From contig CM097882.1 in NCBI GenBank assembly GCA_044892505.1, positions 404,922,001 to 404,986,000 on the forward strand: DNA of 64,000 bases, read 5' to 3'. Position numbers and translations under genes: made by a program. Positions 62,836-64,000 of this stretch are shown here, piece after piece; the stretch's first letter is position 1; the number at the start of each line of letters is the position of its first letter. The notes beneath the pieces were generated by a model that was given only the letters and a program-made list of their open reading frames with translations, was not told the DNA's origin and ran no database searches. Source of the DNA: Schmidtea nova (Eukaryota).

Positions 62836-64000
62836 TTCATCACACTTTTACAAAATATATTTTTTTTATAATGTCCTGGGTAATTTAAACATTCTAATTA
62901 TATCTATAAACACATATTTTTATTGTATTGTCTGTAATATGAAGTATGACTGCGAAGAAAATAAGAATAGTAGACAAAACAGTATCATTATTATTATATT
63001 ATCTATGTTTACATGTAAGAATAATAGTGAACACAATAATTAGAATTACTATCAGAAAATTCCCACTACAATTGCGATATTTATGTTGGGTAGTATGGGT
63101 GTTGTTAAAAAAATTATTACCGACTTCTAGGGGTTAATATAACCCACACCGCAACATAAATATTACTCCATCACACATGTGTACCCATAGTTATTCCCCA
63201 AATAACTATGTTGGTACTGTACACGGTGGCGAGAATCTGGTGAGCAGGTGAGCTCCGTTGCCAAAACTATTCCTCGCCAAATTCTCTCTTTCGGGTTCTT
63301 GCTGCCGATAGAAGGACTTACGCATCTACTTTTTTCCGGTCCATTACTTTTCGCAATCAACAATATACCTTCCTTCTCAATTAATTCACCAAAACGATGA
63401 ATGCTCTTGGTAATCCCATTTCCTCTCGCCCAAATTTGGTTCAAGTACGCCGCATCGCCTAACCCTCTAAAGAGAGTCAGGACGAGAGGCCAACTATTGC
63501 CGATCAGGTCGCGATTTTACCCCGGCTGTTATGAAGGTTTACCCGCAAATAATTATCAAATTTATGCTTCATAATATTTATTTGATGTCATAGCACTTAC
63601 AACAAAACACCAACAAACATGATTAACCACGTCAAAATGATAACTACGCAACATTACAAAACCAAATATACTTACCCACGCGACCGGCTGGCGAAAACAC
63701 GAGATCAAAATTTTGTGTTAACTTGCAGAAACTAACTGAGTTAATTCAATTGATTTTCGCGTCTATTTATACTCAAATAGACTGACACCCACGCATGTTT
63801 TCATTCAAATGATTATATTATGATTGAAACTCAATTTATTTGTTTCAATAAACGATTATTTATTTAATTTTTGTAAATTTAATTTTATATTTAATTTATT
63901 TATTTCTAAAATATTTGTTTTTAATTCCGTTAAATGATGTGTGTGTCCATTGTTTTTGTACATTTATTGATTGATTAAAACAATCAAATTTAATTTAGTT

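Noticed and set aside
62100-63480. GC-richer coding-like remnants at 62100-62530 and 63163-63480
   Set aside because: Multiple stops and no recognisable motif; cannot be assigned without a search.

Overview
This is AT-rich eukaryotic DNA with GT-AG introns of about 45-55 nt, and it is dominated by transposable elements. The motile-cilia gene, base composition and TE repertoire suggest a ciliated invertebrate such as a planarian (inference only). Host genes are the last four exons of DNAAF4/DYX1C1 (3697-7484), the 3' exons of a GPI-anchored mucin-stalk/Ly6-uPAR-like gene (45346-45860) and an intronless eEF2 pseudogene. The transposons are Tigger, Tc1, mariner, two Merlin, several hAT, piggyBac, MULE, a Polinton-type pPolB remnant and small Gypsy remnants, often nested. 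The main unexplained structure is a family of 3.5-4.9 kb elements present in seven whole or partial copies. They have TG...CA ends, 4-bp target-site duplications, a TATA box about 600 bp from the 3' end and no gag/pol, so they look like giant solo LTRs. All full-length copies share two conserved blocks that appear to fold as RNA. Between these blocks is a slot holding a small spliced transcription unit whose layout is conserved but whose content differs between copies, and some copies carry a second, divergently oriented ORF. No database searches or folding computations were run; all similarity statements come from reading the sequence by eye.
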